From: Phoronis australis | Lineage: Eukaryota; Animalia; Phoronida | Direction: 5' to 3' | NCBI GenBank assembly: GCA_002633005.1 | Contig: NMRA01000194.1 | Span: forward strand, 1-64,000 | DNA: 64,000 bases | Shown here: in pieces, positions 37,161-49,425 of the stretch | Layout: every line of letters begins with the position of its first letter | How positions within the stretch are numbered: the stretch's first letter is position 1 | Made by a program: the position numbers and the translations under genes | The notes under the pieces: model-generated | Told to the model about the DNA's origin: nothing | Database searches by the model: none | What the model saw: the letters and a program-made list of their open reading frames with translations, nothing else

Positions 37161-37437
37161 AGTTTCACTTCAGTCAAGGACAAGATCTGTTATGTAGTAC
37201 AGCGTCGTAAGTTACGCAGCAACAAGAAACTCAAACTGTGCCTAGGTTTATTGGCAACGATAATAAAAACTTATAGCCATCTGTCCGGATAATGCATCCA
37301 GCTGAGTCATCTACGGAAATAGTCGAATGTGTGCGAGACGCTTCGTAAAATATTTACTGACGTCACTCGAACCACATCAACCACTCCTCCGAAAATATTG
37401 GATCCGCATTTCACTTGCTACAGAACAGTCGGTGAGT
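37161..37437 (+). promoter_or_regulatory. Candidate promoter / non-coding first exon of dispanin gene B
   Basis: IRF-like AGTTTCACTTC (37161-37171), AP-1 TGAGTCA (37303-37309), CRE TGACGTCA (37358-37365), then donor CG|GTGAGT (37432). The ATG exon has an acceptor at 39278, which implies an upstream exon. Confidence 0.4.
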
Positions 37438-39292
37438 TAACTTCAACAATTGACAATCAATTATGGATTAAAATGTATTCAACAACATCGTGAGGTTTTA
37501 ATTAGAGATTCGACTACTGTTGGATATGAAATACAAGGTGCTTTCAGCGTTTCAGCGAAATCCCTTTGTTGTTTGTGTCCCGTACCGTTCTGAGGTCAGA
37601 GTAGCCACGATTTCCTGCACCATTTTCCAAGGTGACCTTCAGAGTTGTTATGACATCACAATGAGCACAATGCAGACATAGTGTTTAGGTCTTTGGCAGC
37701 GTAAGAAAATGTCCACGGTCTCATGTGCGGATATTGGACATGGTCAAAGTGTCTTATTTGACGTGGCTAAATACCGTGTGCACTAAGAGGTGGTGGAGAC
37801 CACATAATTATATCATATGTTGATTTGCTCTGTCCGGTGTCGGCTACAACGTGACCGCATTTTGACAACCAGTATTTCCCACTAAATAACGGTCACCAAA
37901 CTTAAACTGCGCCGAGGCCTTCTGTGCGCATTTACGTGCTCGTATGTAAATAATGGCAAAATTCGTCGAGCATTTAAGCCACTATGGAGAAACACGGTTT
38001 TACGAAAAAGATGCATTGTTTATGCTGCGGTTCATTGTTTCGCAAAGGTTTTGTTTTAATTGTCAAAGGTTCATTTCATTTCCATTTTCAACCCACTCAG
38101 GGAAAGCATAACATTAATTATCATGAACTAGTGTTGAATGTTTTGGCCATAGTTATGTCCTTTTTTAATAGTGCAGCGGTAAGGTTAATTCGGGTCGTGT
38201 AGTAACCTGCTTCGCAACTGCTATCATAAATAGCGGGTTTTACTTGGGATCACAAACTATTGTTTGTTAGTTCGAGGTTTTACTGTCCAAGTTTACTTAC
38301 ATGTATGTATCCTCAGTGTATGCAACTGTGAACTAAATCATTTCCATATGTTCAGCGTTTTGTTGACTTAAGTAAGCACCACTTGTTGATAGCAATAGTG
38401 TTAAAAACTTGACCTGGATGGCAGAAGCGTGAGTCTTCAAGCAATCCGATTGACAAACGCTATTTAATGGCTAGATTGCCGAAAGTTAACAATGGGTTAT
38501 GTTATCAAAAATGCAAATACTGAGTTATCAAAAAGTAAACAAAATGAAAACTAAGTGAGTTGTCTCCGTGGTATTTCAATGAGATCAAGAGTGTTTGCCT
38601 ATCCGCTGAGGAATTGCTCGAGTCTGGTACAAGGACAACGTTGAAAACCACTTCCGGTATGCTGATTTTATTTTTGCCACACGAATTCAGCCAAACAATT
38701 TTGGGATGAAATGTGTTTGCATTATTTAAATGTCTCTCAAACTGCTTAAATAGGCCATTATAATTCTAAAAGATCGAATGTTTGCTTCATTGTGTCTTAT
38801 ATTAACTTCATGTGGTGCAGCATACAAAAGAACCTCAGATTGCTTTCAGAAACCAATCCTGTTCTCAATTGTTGTCGATTATAGTTATCTTGAAAACTTG
38901 GTATAGATTTTTGCTCTTTGTCTGTGTTCCACTCTGTGCAAAAGCCGTAGAAAAAAGAGTTCGATGTAATAATAACCACCTTTGTTGAGAAATTTGTGCT
39001 AGCTATTACCTTTCCACTTCGGTAGGTTAGGGCTACACTTGAATAGGAAAGGTCGATCACCTGTTAAACTCGAAAAATATGAATGGGTCGCTGGATCTAT
39101 TCAACAAGAGTAATAGGTAGTTACCTCGAGTTTTAATTAATATAACTTTTTGATGACAACTTTATCACAGTAAAACACTTCGCTGTCAATGTTGGCAATC
39201 TGTCGGCTAAATTTCGTAAAGATCATAACTTTAAAACGTGCTTACAAAGGCCACTGATATCACGACGTCCTTTCACAGATCTGTCTCACGCA

Positions 39293-39421
39293 ATGTCAGA
39301 GAAGGGTCAACCACCAGCCTACAGCCCGCAGCAGAACCAAGGGTATGTCGATCCTCACGGCCCAGGATACGGCTATAACCAGCCAATGGATATGCGTTAC
39401 GGGCCTACGGTGGCGACACAG
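39293..39421 (+). CDS. Dispanin/CD225-family gene B, first coding exon (43 aa)
   Basis: Acceptor CCTTTCACAG (39278); MSEKGQPPAYSPQQNQGY...GPTVATQ|GTTTGT; phase 0; contains PPAY. Confidence 0.88.
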
Positions 39422-39434
39422 GTTTGTTTAACAT

Positions 39435-39621
39435 CATGCGCGCACTCAGGGGAGGGGAGGCTCGGGGACTCAAGCGAGCCCCCCCCCCCCCCCNNNNNNN
39501 NNNNNNNNNNNNNNNNNNNNNNNNNNNNTTTTTTTTTTTTTAGTCTTGCCGATATTTTGTTGGCAAAAGGTCCATATCGGCTGAAATCCCCTCCCCCCAT
39601 ATTGAAGGCTGGGTGCGCATG
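39435..39621. mobile_element. hAT-like MITE just inside the gene B intron (contains a 34-N gap)
   Basis: CATGCGCGCAC...GTGCGCATG; flanks TTAACAT/TTAACGT; same family as 1-229. Confidence 0.7.
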
Positions 39622-40084
39622 TTAACGTTGACTCGGAAATTCGCCTGAATCTTTTTAGGGGTGTTACAAGCGAATTCATGTCCGCTTCTCAAAAGCCTAG
39701 CTACGATCCCCTAAACACTGGTCCCTGACCAATGAACACTAAGCCCTCGATACCTGCTCCTCTAAATTACACACACACAGCGAAAAGTACTTCCTTTCTA
39801 CGTTTTGGCTTCAACTTCGACGAAGTTCGGCGAAGTACGACGAAAATCTTCAATTTTTATGTTACCTAACCCTATTTGGTGTAGTGTTAGACAACGTATT
39901 TAAACCTTGGAATCGGCAGTACTAGCAGTAGAGAAAAAACAAGTCACGTGATAGCGTGTAGTTGTTCGAGTATTCATCACCAATAAACAAGGACCACGTG
40001 ATTTCATTCTACATCTTGGGTGACCGACATACCAAGATCCATTGTAATGTGACTTATAGTCTACCTGGAAAAAGGCCAATTGTT

Positions 40085-40278
40085 ATAGACCTTATTCACG
40101 CAGTCGCCGTTTTAAAAATTGGCCTCTTTTTAGGTTTAAAAAACAGTGCGTTTGAGACATAAATTGAAACGAGGCACGCGAAAAAGTCAAGTTCTGCTCT
40201 ATGATTAAGCGTGGAACGCAATGTTTTTAAAACCAAAAAGAGACTTTGTAATATGGCGACTGCGGAAATAAAGTGTAT
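40085..40278. mobile_element. 194-bp AT-flanked MITE
   Basis: ATAGACCTTATTCACGCAGTCGCC...GGCGACTGCGGAAATAAAGTGTAT. Confidence 0.65.
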
Positions 40279-42376
40279 GGTGCTTGTGCGTGGTTACAAC
40301 CTCTTCCACAATCTTTATGCCATTGCACGGAGGATTCTAGTGTTTACTATCACTTCACTTCGACATTTTGCCGGACTCAAGACAAATAACATTAAAATGC
40401 TTAAGTAATCATAAAATAACAGGTCAGATTTACGTATCGCTGTAAATAACCGAGGACTTCGAAAATTATTGTCTGGTTAAGAACCTGATCAATCTTACTC
40501 CTCAACTGCACGGGAGTGTACAATCGGTGTAACGGTTGCCGGAGTACAACAGTTTATGTAAACACGTGATTTTGTAAAGAAATTCACGTGCTAAATTGCC
40601 TTGTGGTTTTCTGAATTAGAGAAAAACACAAAATGTTTTTTTTTGAAAATGCGTCGTAATTGTGCATTACTATTCTCATTTGTGGGTCCAAATCACGTCA
40701 TAATAGTGGCAGCTACGTCATCACTAAACGTCCGAATATGTTTGAACTTTTACCTAGTTGTTTCGCACAATGAGATTTACGATCACGTGCTGCTGAACTA
40801 TTCCCTGTAACAAAAATAACACAGAATAAAGTCGGCTTTGAACAAGATCATTCGATACAATATTCGTGATTATAAACCGATGACTTTGTCATTTGTTTGA
40901 CAAATACTCGTGTATTGAATTTCAGTTGAAAACTTGAGCATTTTTTCGACGTTATAGTTTCGTAGCACAGACATTCCTAGGCTGTGTGCCGTAGCTGCAG
41001 TCTTTTCACCCTGTGACAATCCCGGGACACAACATTAATTTTCCAGTATGGCTGGATACATCTTTAAGCATTTGATATTCGAAGACCTGCACTTTAAGTT
41101 GCATGTTTTCTGTAAAAAAGAGGTTTATGCTCTCCTAATGTTACATTATTTAACAAGAGGGGGTGCTGTACGCTGCCTCTTAATCCAATCACAAGCTGAG
41201 AAATTGAGAAGGTTCACAACATTTACTTACGAAGTGATAAAAAATGAACTTCATGCTGGGGAACTCTCCAGTTCTGTTGATATCCATTACAAAAATGCTT
41301 GCGAATATTTTTTAAATCTTAATATTATGCTCAAATTTGACAAACTTGTGAAGGTCATATCGGATTCAAATCAAACTTTCACACACATGCATTGTTTTCC
41401 AAAAGCTGTTAGGAATTGTTTCCATAACATCTCAATATGGCGTGGAAAATAAGTTGCAAACATTGTAAGTCTTGTCATTATGTACGCTCTTTCACAGTGC
41501 TACGAAAGGGTAGCACTGTGGGATGTTATTTATCATGGCTTCTCATTGGTTAAAGTAATGAAACCGACGTCATAACATTCAGTCTTTCCCATTGGTTGAA
41601 ATATGGGGAACACCTTTGAGTTCACTGTTACGTAGTATGGCGACCACCTTTGACTTGAATACTTGCGATTTATTAAAACAGGCAGTGATCGAAGTAAACA
41701 AAATCAAGGAAACCCAGATTCCGTGGCTTAGCCCAAACGGGTATAGTGCATTGAAGGCGTGTGCAAGTGGTGGCTATGTCATCCATAATCTTCCGACCAA
41801 GCATGCGTATTCATGCCCACACACACGGAATTCCGTGTGTCGTTCACCATTCTGCGTGTCGTTCATCATGTTTCCACGGGGCCACTTTTCAGTATAGGTG
41901 GCGCGGTGTCAGGGTGTAGTCATTAGGTCACGTGATGTGGCCAACAGATGTCGTGCTGACAAGACTTAAAATGTTTGCAACATGTTTCCATAATGTTCCA
42001 CTGTTGTATGAGAAGTTATCAAATATAATTATTTCATGATTTTCGTAACAATACTCAAAAGTTGCATAAAACGAAAACGAAACTATAATTTAGATATCCG
42101 CAACAGCCACAAGATATCATCTTGAACGATTATGTCAAATGAAATTTGGACAAGAAACTGACACTGCTGTTTTGCTAGCAATGCGGCATCCGTCTCAACA
42201 AAAGCTAGGGTCTCTGCAGGTGGTCAATACTAAATATTAAACTTACTGCAAACTTATCCGGATTTATCAGGGTTACAGAGCATTAATTTGTTCCAATGAC
42301 TTTAACATCATTGGCATCTGACGATGGGATAAAACTAATTCCGAATTTGTTTTTAAAATCATTGTGTGCATTTCAG

Positions 42377-42697
42377 CAAAACACCATTGTGGTCGGCCAG
42401 CCGGCGCCGCAGTCGACAGTCATCGTGACCCATGCTTCAAAGCCGCCAAATTTTCTCGGCCTGGCCATCTTCGTGTGCTTGATATGCAACTGTTTACTGG
42501 GCATGATCGCCATCGTCTTCTCCGTCATGTCGGACAGTGCGTACTCTGAAGGAAACGTGGAGGACGCCAGAAGCAAGGGGCGCGTGTCTATGTGGATCAG
42601 TGTGTCTGGCATGATTTTGTCCGGAGTCCTTTGCGTTATCCTCATAATTCTCTACTTCACTGGGGTGTACGGGGCGTACGGTATTTACTACGGCTGA
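42377..42697 (+). CDS. Dispanin/CD225-family gene B, last coding exon (CD225 domain)
   Basis: Acceptor CATTTCAG (42376); 66/86 identical to gene A from PQST to YFTG (manual count); AATAAA at 43394 and 43435. Confidence 0.93.
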   Translation, partial: QNTIVVGQPAPQSTVIVTHASKPPNFLGLAIFVCLICNCLLGMIAIVFSVMSDSAYSEGNVEDARSKGRVSMWISVSGMILSGVLCVILIILYFTGVYGAYGIYYG

Positions 42698-44677
42698 TGT
42701 CACGTGGCGACCAACAGCCCATGTCCGGGAAAAGAAGGGCTACATTTCACAGCAAAGGACTATTTTAGGTGTACACCACGTGTTGTATCCAAACGGATTT
42801 TGAAAAATATCTATGTGTAGTGTATCACTGTTTCTGGCTTTCTGATATTTATTACGCTGGAAAGAACTATGTTTTGGCATTTAATTACACGTTTCAAATT
42901 TGTGTGGTGTACCATGTGTAGTACCTCGTTAGCGTTTTGAGATGGCACAAGCTGGCATATCTTCCGAGCCCCTAGCTTCTACGAATTTTTTTGCCCAGTC
43001 ATTTTCACAAAATGCTCTGTGTGTAGATGCTGCATTTCATATCGTGTAAGCAACAGCACTGCATGACTGAACAGCTGAACACGGTGCGCAATTATTCGCA
43101 CCTTGTTGTCCTGAAAAAGGCTGTGATCACATTGTCCTGTTTTGAATATCGTGTGTCAACTGCCTGCCTGGGTTTACTGTTACGCGTGCTTGTAGATCAC
43201 AATATTAACATTTAACGATAGAAAAAATGATAAGGGACCAATTAATCTGCCTCACAATAATTCTTAACGTATTTTCCGTGACGAACTGTTGGCCAGAAAG
43301 CCAATGATTTTGCATTTTATGTTTGGGTTATATGAACAGTTAATGCTCACAATAGTGTTGCTTCACTGATTTATGGTTGTATGTTTGTCTTTGAATAAAA
43401 CTTAAAGGCTTGTATTTTTGTAATGTACTTTGAGAATAAAAACTACGTTTAGTCTTACTAAGTGTAGTTTTCAATTCCAGAGGGGTTTAACCATGTTTTG
43501 GACGTGAAAAACAACATGGCTATTGGGAATGTCGAAATATCACTTCCCACGGTATACTACTGAACTTCGGCAATTCAGATTAGATAGAAATTTAACAGCG
43601 ATGTAGGCCTATATAATATTTTCCTCTTTGACATATTTGTCTTGGTCAGCCAACGTCTTTCCATAGACATAATTTTTAAAGATGCAATGCCTTTCTTAAT
43701 GAAACTTTAAGTCAGGGTAGAACTTTCAAACATGTTTTCGTACTGCAGAGGGAGATTCAGCCACCTCAAATCCCTCACTTAAGTAATAAAAATAATCGCA
43801 AGAGTGAGCAACACAATTCTACCACCGACTGTAACAATGCAAAGTCCTTGGTTATAACTTCCATTGTTCTTGTGAAATTTCCAAGTGTAGTCGTACTCAA
43901 ATGAGAACAAAAATTTTGCCTTATCGCTCTGTGGCACCATTTTGTTTCGGATACCTTACAAAACCAAAAATCATTGAAGACATTTCGTGCCCAATGAAAA
44001 CAATCTCGAAGTTTGCATGGACAGTTCTGTCGTTCAACATTGAAAAGTATTCCGGCACGATAACATAACCGGGTGTGGTGGGCTTAGGGAGGACTCTGAA
44101 ATTTGGGCCTAGTTTGTGCCTCTCAAATAATATCCTTCCTACAGACTTGCTACAGGGACTACGTTGTGACATTGTAAGACCTTGATGAACTACCTAAGTT
44201 AGATTTTTTGTGGAGATCACCTCTAGTATTACAAAATTAATATAAAATGACTCCTTTTTGTATCCTATGTACTAAAAGTTCTCATACTTACGCACATTAA
44301 ATCGATGGATTTTGGAGCCTCGTGAGCGATGTGCAGTGGATGTTAAGTTTGTGATTTTTTCGCATCACATCAATTTTTATCTAGTTACATGTAGCAGCAA
44401 TCGCAACAAGCTGTGTTAGTCCCTGCAACACTGCATTAAGGTTGCTCGGAGATCATAAGCAGGGATATGCCTTAAAACCTGTCCCTCGATCAACCGTTGT
44501 ACTTAAAACTATGGAGTTTCCAAACACCATAAAAGGGATAAAGGGAAATGTACTCAACTTAATAGTAAGTTAGCGAGAACGATGGAGTAAGCGGAGTCAC
44601 TCCTTCAAAAATGTTTAATGACCGTGTGCAANCCCCCCCCCCCCCCCAGTTATATCAGTGCTGCGCTGTCGTGGAGC

Positions 44678-44749
44678 TATGGTTGGCGCGCCATAGGGGG
44701 TTGGGGACTATAGCCCCCCCACACTTACTTCAGTGCTGCGCCGCCCATG
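44678..44749. mobile_element. Micro-MITE (CATGGGCGGC family), preceded by a partial decayed copy (~44630-44673)
   Basis: Interior CTATAGCCCCCC..ACTTACTTCAGTGCTGCGCCGCCCATG is nearly identical to 25632-25700. Confidence 0.75.
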
Positions 44750-46795
44750 GTCTGGCCTTGCCAATGCATAAAAATGCCTAGCATATTACGCGTTCTGCTT
44801 CTATCATGATATGCCGTCACGATTCCAGTCAACAGATCTTTCAGTCACCCGTCCACGAGCTTTAAACGATCGAGCGCGCTTGTTTTCCTCTAAATGTTCG
44901 TTACATTTGTGTTCCCGGTGTTTGTAGAGTTTGCCCTTCCATGGATCTGAAACAACGGTAACAAAACATCACGTACGGAGCCATTTGTCAACTTCGCCTC
45001 CGACAGCGTGCAGACATTTTTGATTCACCTCGTAATTGGCCTAGATATATAGTTACATGTATTTGTTCTGAGTGATCACAGAGACGGTAACTTATGGAAA
45101 ATGTCGCGTTTATCCAAATTTGACTTTGAAATTGTGGGCATCAAGTTAGATATAAACGGAAATACTGACTTTGCTGAAAAATGGTTGCGTTATTCCCACG
45201 TTACGCCATCTATCGAAAAGATATAACGTGTTTACTGAGAAAACACTCGATCGCGCAATTGAGTTAGTACTTCGCTTATGAATGTAAATGCGATTTCGTG
45301 AATGTTTAGAAAACAAGTCGTTATTAATTATAGAGCTAGGTCGCCAGTTGGGAGACAAAATTGGTGAAACTTGGGGCCCGGCTTGAAACTTAGTCGCCCT
45401 TAGGCGACTGAGCGATCGGTGCGAAGCGGTATATCTCTGCTGAGCTATAAAAAGGTGGGCCCCGGTCGTCACAGTGTTTGAGCTATTCCACTCGGTAGCC
45501 TATATTATCCACCCTCTCATTCACNCCCCCCCCCCCCACCCCTCAGTTGTCACAATATCCACCCTCTCTCATTTCAGTACCAGACGTATAAGTTGTCAGA
45601 ATAGCATCATCGATTGCCACCAAAATTCTAGCTACTGGCTTAGATTGCCTCCTCTCCCTCCACACACACAATGACTAAATCGTTGGAGGTGCCCTTGTCA
45701 CAGTGGGATGAGACCTTCTTTTGTGCAGGGCCCGACGCACAGTACATTTTAAGTCTTAGTTGTTTACATATATGTAATTCATGTCCACAAAAGCAAGGAC
45801 ACTTGCTAGTGTCTTCCTGGTTGATACACTGTTGTTGCACTTGAAATCATGTTGTTCTGTATTTTTGACGAAAATGAGCAATTACATTAATGAAACAACA
45901 AGTATACACTCGAACACAAACACGCACGCACACGCACACACATTCATGCTTCAAAATTATAGTAAGTAAAAACGATTGGATTTTTTACTATTGCTTCAAA
46001 CGATTGTTTAGGGTTTCCCAGAAGACTGTGGTACGGGGTTTCATATTTCTCAAAAGGAGATTATTTCTTATGGCACTACAGCTACAAAAATAATCTTTAA
46101 ATGTCATATAGGCGGGTGTATTTTGGTCCTTAGCACACAGCTAAATAAAGTATTGACACATGATTAATATCCAACTTATCTCCTCAAAATCACATCCAAA
46201 ATATGCAGTCAATAGCATATCCTCGAGCTCATCTTAAAATTCGTACTACGTAGAGCTCCGTCTGTGGTGGTCCTATAGCGAAGTGCGTCCCCTAGTGACA
46301 ATTTCGTTCTTTTCGATCGTGTCGGTTTTCAGTGCATCTGGCGCTCTTGCTGCCAAATTGTATGTAGAATAGCCTTTAAATATGAGAGATGTATTCCTAA
46401 TGACAACATCCTGGCTAACACTGATTTACGGACGGGAAGACCGCCATGACTTCCAGTAGGCGTTGTTTGTGCCTGTCTTATTACCCCAGATTTGCTGAAA
46501 GATTGCCGTAAAATTTGAAGACACCTTTCAAGAAAGAAAAACATGGTTGACGTTGATTTTCGAATGAATTCGACTAGTGTTATGCCTTCTAGTGTGGCTT
46601 TAAATGTTAGGTGTAATTTTGTATCTGCCTAGGCCCAATACTCGATCTATACGAAATTAGGTACTAGATGAATTTGTATTATGAAACGATGTTACAGGAC
46701 AATTTTCGGATGCCTCCGGGGTGTTGTACCGCTGGTAACCATTTCGTTAGATTCGTGTCCAGTTTTTTGCGTCCGGCACTCTAACTGACAAGCAC

Positions 46796-49425
46796 TGATT
46801 CGCCGTAAAATGCAACAATTTCGTAAAATGTAACAACTGTTACATTTACGTCATTGTTACATTTTACGGTGCTAAGCCTCTCCAAAAATGTAACAAGTTG
46901 TTACATTTTACGTAGTTGTTACATTTCATGTCGAACGCACATGTGAGAAATGTACCATTGTTAAATTTTACGAAACCCACGTCATATTGCAAATGAAATG
47001 ACCAAAATCAAGAACAAGCTGCATCTGTCACTGCCGGGGGGTACTGGAGTATTTTAGATGAAGAGTGCCTCCCAAAAATTGAATACCTACCCGCTTAGAG
47101 AATGGGCTCGAACAAAAAAGTGGCCCATTTAGAGACTAATTTGTGTAAAAATTCGCACTTTCTCACACTTCTGTTCCAGAAATTCAGGAAAGCCACCTTT
47201 TAGATATAGTTTTGTCGAAAATGGCGCCATTTTGGAGAGTATTTTTTCTGTGAAAAAACATACTTTTGGGTTGCACTTTTCGTATACATCTTCTATAAGA
47301 ATGACACGGGCTGACACGACATGAATTTGGCTACCTATTATCATTTTTATTAGTATTACATTACTATTACTACTGTTACTACTTTTAATACTATTACTAC
47401 TATCACTAGTATTACTCATTATCGTTTTTGTTATCGTTATTATTATTATTAATAATAATATTTTTAACTTTATTTAATGAGGACACAATACATTTATGTT
47501 TCAATGTTGTCATCAGGCAACTGCTGTTCCAAGAGGATTTTAAAGGGGCTCCTATGTTCAGCTTTAACGATATTGTGAGGAACGTCTTGGCAGCTGTGGA
47601 TGCAGAATAGGCCTATTTTTGTAAACGAGGAGGCCGAGATTGAAAATCTCGTTTAGGCGTGCACCAACTTCAAAAACTGATTATTTCTGAACTATCGGCA
47701 AGCACTGTATTATTTGTAAATAAAACTATATCCATCTGTAGTTTACCACGAAGAACTGAATTCAAACCGCAATATTGTCTCTGACTTGTTGAAAACATTC
47801 CTTGTCAAAAAACTGGGGATCGTTCCACCATGCTGTGTATAAGTTCAAAAATTGCGTTAAGTTTAACTCTGGAGGCAGACATTTTCGAGAACTAACGACT
47901 AGTCGGCTGCGGTCACCGGGTCATTGGAATAGCTGGTAGTGGACAAAACACGCAACGATTTTATGTGGAATGTGCCCCAATATTCTTTGAAAAGAACAGT
48001 GATTTAACAGAATGATTTGAAAAAGGTTTCGTTGAAAGTGGATTGCATGGAACAAAACCGCCAACGTCGAAGTCAGTGATGTTTAAATGCAATGCATCAA
48101 AAGGATTAATATACCAAATTCCCTTATCTGCGAGCTGCAACAAAAAAGTGGCGCCTCATGAGACACGTGACTTCACGTACATTAATAATAGAATGTCCTT
48201 ATTTATGTGTACTTCGAACTAACGAACATTTACCAAATAGCAATTTTAATTCACATTTTATCTTAAAAGATAATGGGAAGAGAAAGTGCATGTTTTTGCA
48301 GTCCGAAAGGCCGACAGTCAGCTTTTTTGGATTATTGCCCATTTAAACTATCGACCTTGACCCGGTATGAGCAAAATCTTTATGTCCCTTCAGAGTGCAA
48401 AATATTTTCTATTTCCCCAGCTAGGCATGCCATTTTTATATGTACACGTCACGGTTTGACCTGTTGTTACCACCACTACTTCAGACATGCCTGGCATCAT
48501 AGGAACAATGACATAATTTCTTTCGTTACTATGCCGTCACTTTTTTAAGCTAATGGCTCGCCCTTCTCAAAGTCGATATTTTGCTATTGCTTTGGCAAAA
48601 TCCGTCAACCTCCGGCAAATAAATGCGTGCTTTTATTTCCTTCCAAAACAATGTCTTTAAGAAATTGTCATTCGTAACTAAGGTGGTAGACAGCAAACGC
48701 AGTCATCAGAAACTTTGGTTTTGCTCCTTTTGTGTGAAGATGACTCCAAGGCAATAAAACACTGGCCGAAATAAACCAAACTATCGGGGACTAAAACGGG
48801 TGTTTTTTCTATCATGGCTTCCGAAATTGAATTTTCCATGAAAATTTTGCTTTGTTGTTCGTTCCCGAAGAAATGCGATAAATATTAGTCAAATGCGATG
48901 TCGTTGTTGTTCTTATCAAGGGAAGTGTGTTTACTGTAATGCCAGATACACAATTGGTTTATAACACGTGATCGCCAAGAAAAGATTGCAAGAACGCGTT
49001 AACGATAAAAACTTGTTACCTGATCCTGGAAGCTCCTTTCTGTGGAGTTGAAACTGTACGCTGTGCAGTTTTTACTATACCATACTCATGTTAAAAAACA
49101 TGGAAAGTAAATAGGGACATATCTATAAAGTCGACCTGGCACATTTGATAGAATTTCATTCACACATTCCGAGAAAGAAGGCGTTAAGTGTGTCAACGGT
49201 TTTCTTCCGTGTGACAAATACCATACTCAAGAAATATGACGTCGCTTTCGTAAACTGTAACAATGGTACATTTCTCGCATGTGCATTCGACGTAAATTGC
49301 AACAATTTCATAAAATGTAACAACTTGTTACATTTTAGGAGAGGCCTAGCAACGTAAAATGTAACAATGACATAAAATGTAACAACTGTTAATACTAATA
49401 AATTATTACATTTCACGGCGTATCA
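46796..49425. mobile_element. 2630-bp unclassified DNA transposon: TG...CA ends, ~190-bp TIRs, 6-bp TSD AAGCAC
   Basis: AAGCAC|TGATTCGCCG...CGGCGTATCA|AAGCAC; TIRs 46796-46988 and 49233-49425 are built from AAATGTAACA/TGTTACATTT motifs. Confidence 0.88.
47345..47460. repeat. Degenerate (TAT/TAC)n microsatellite
   Basis: TTACTATTACTACTGTTACTAC...TTATTATTATTAATAATAATA. Confidence 0.75.
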
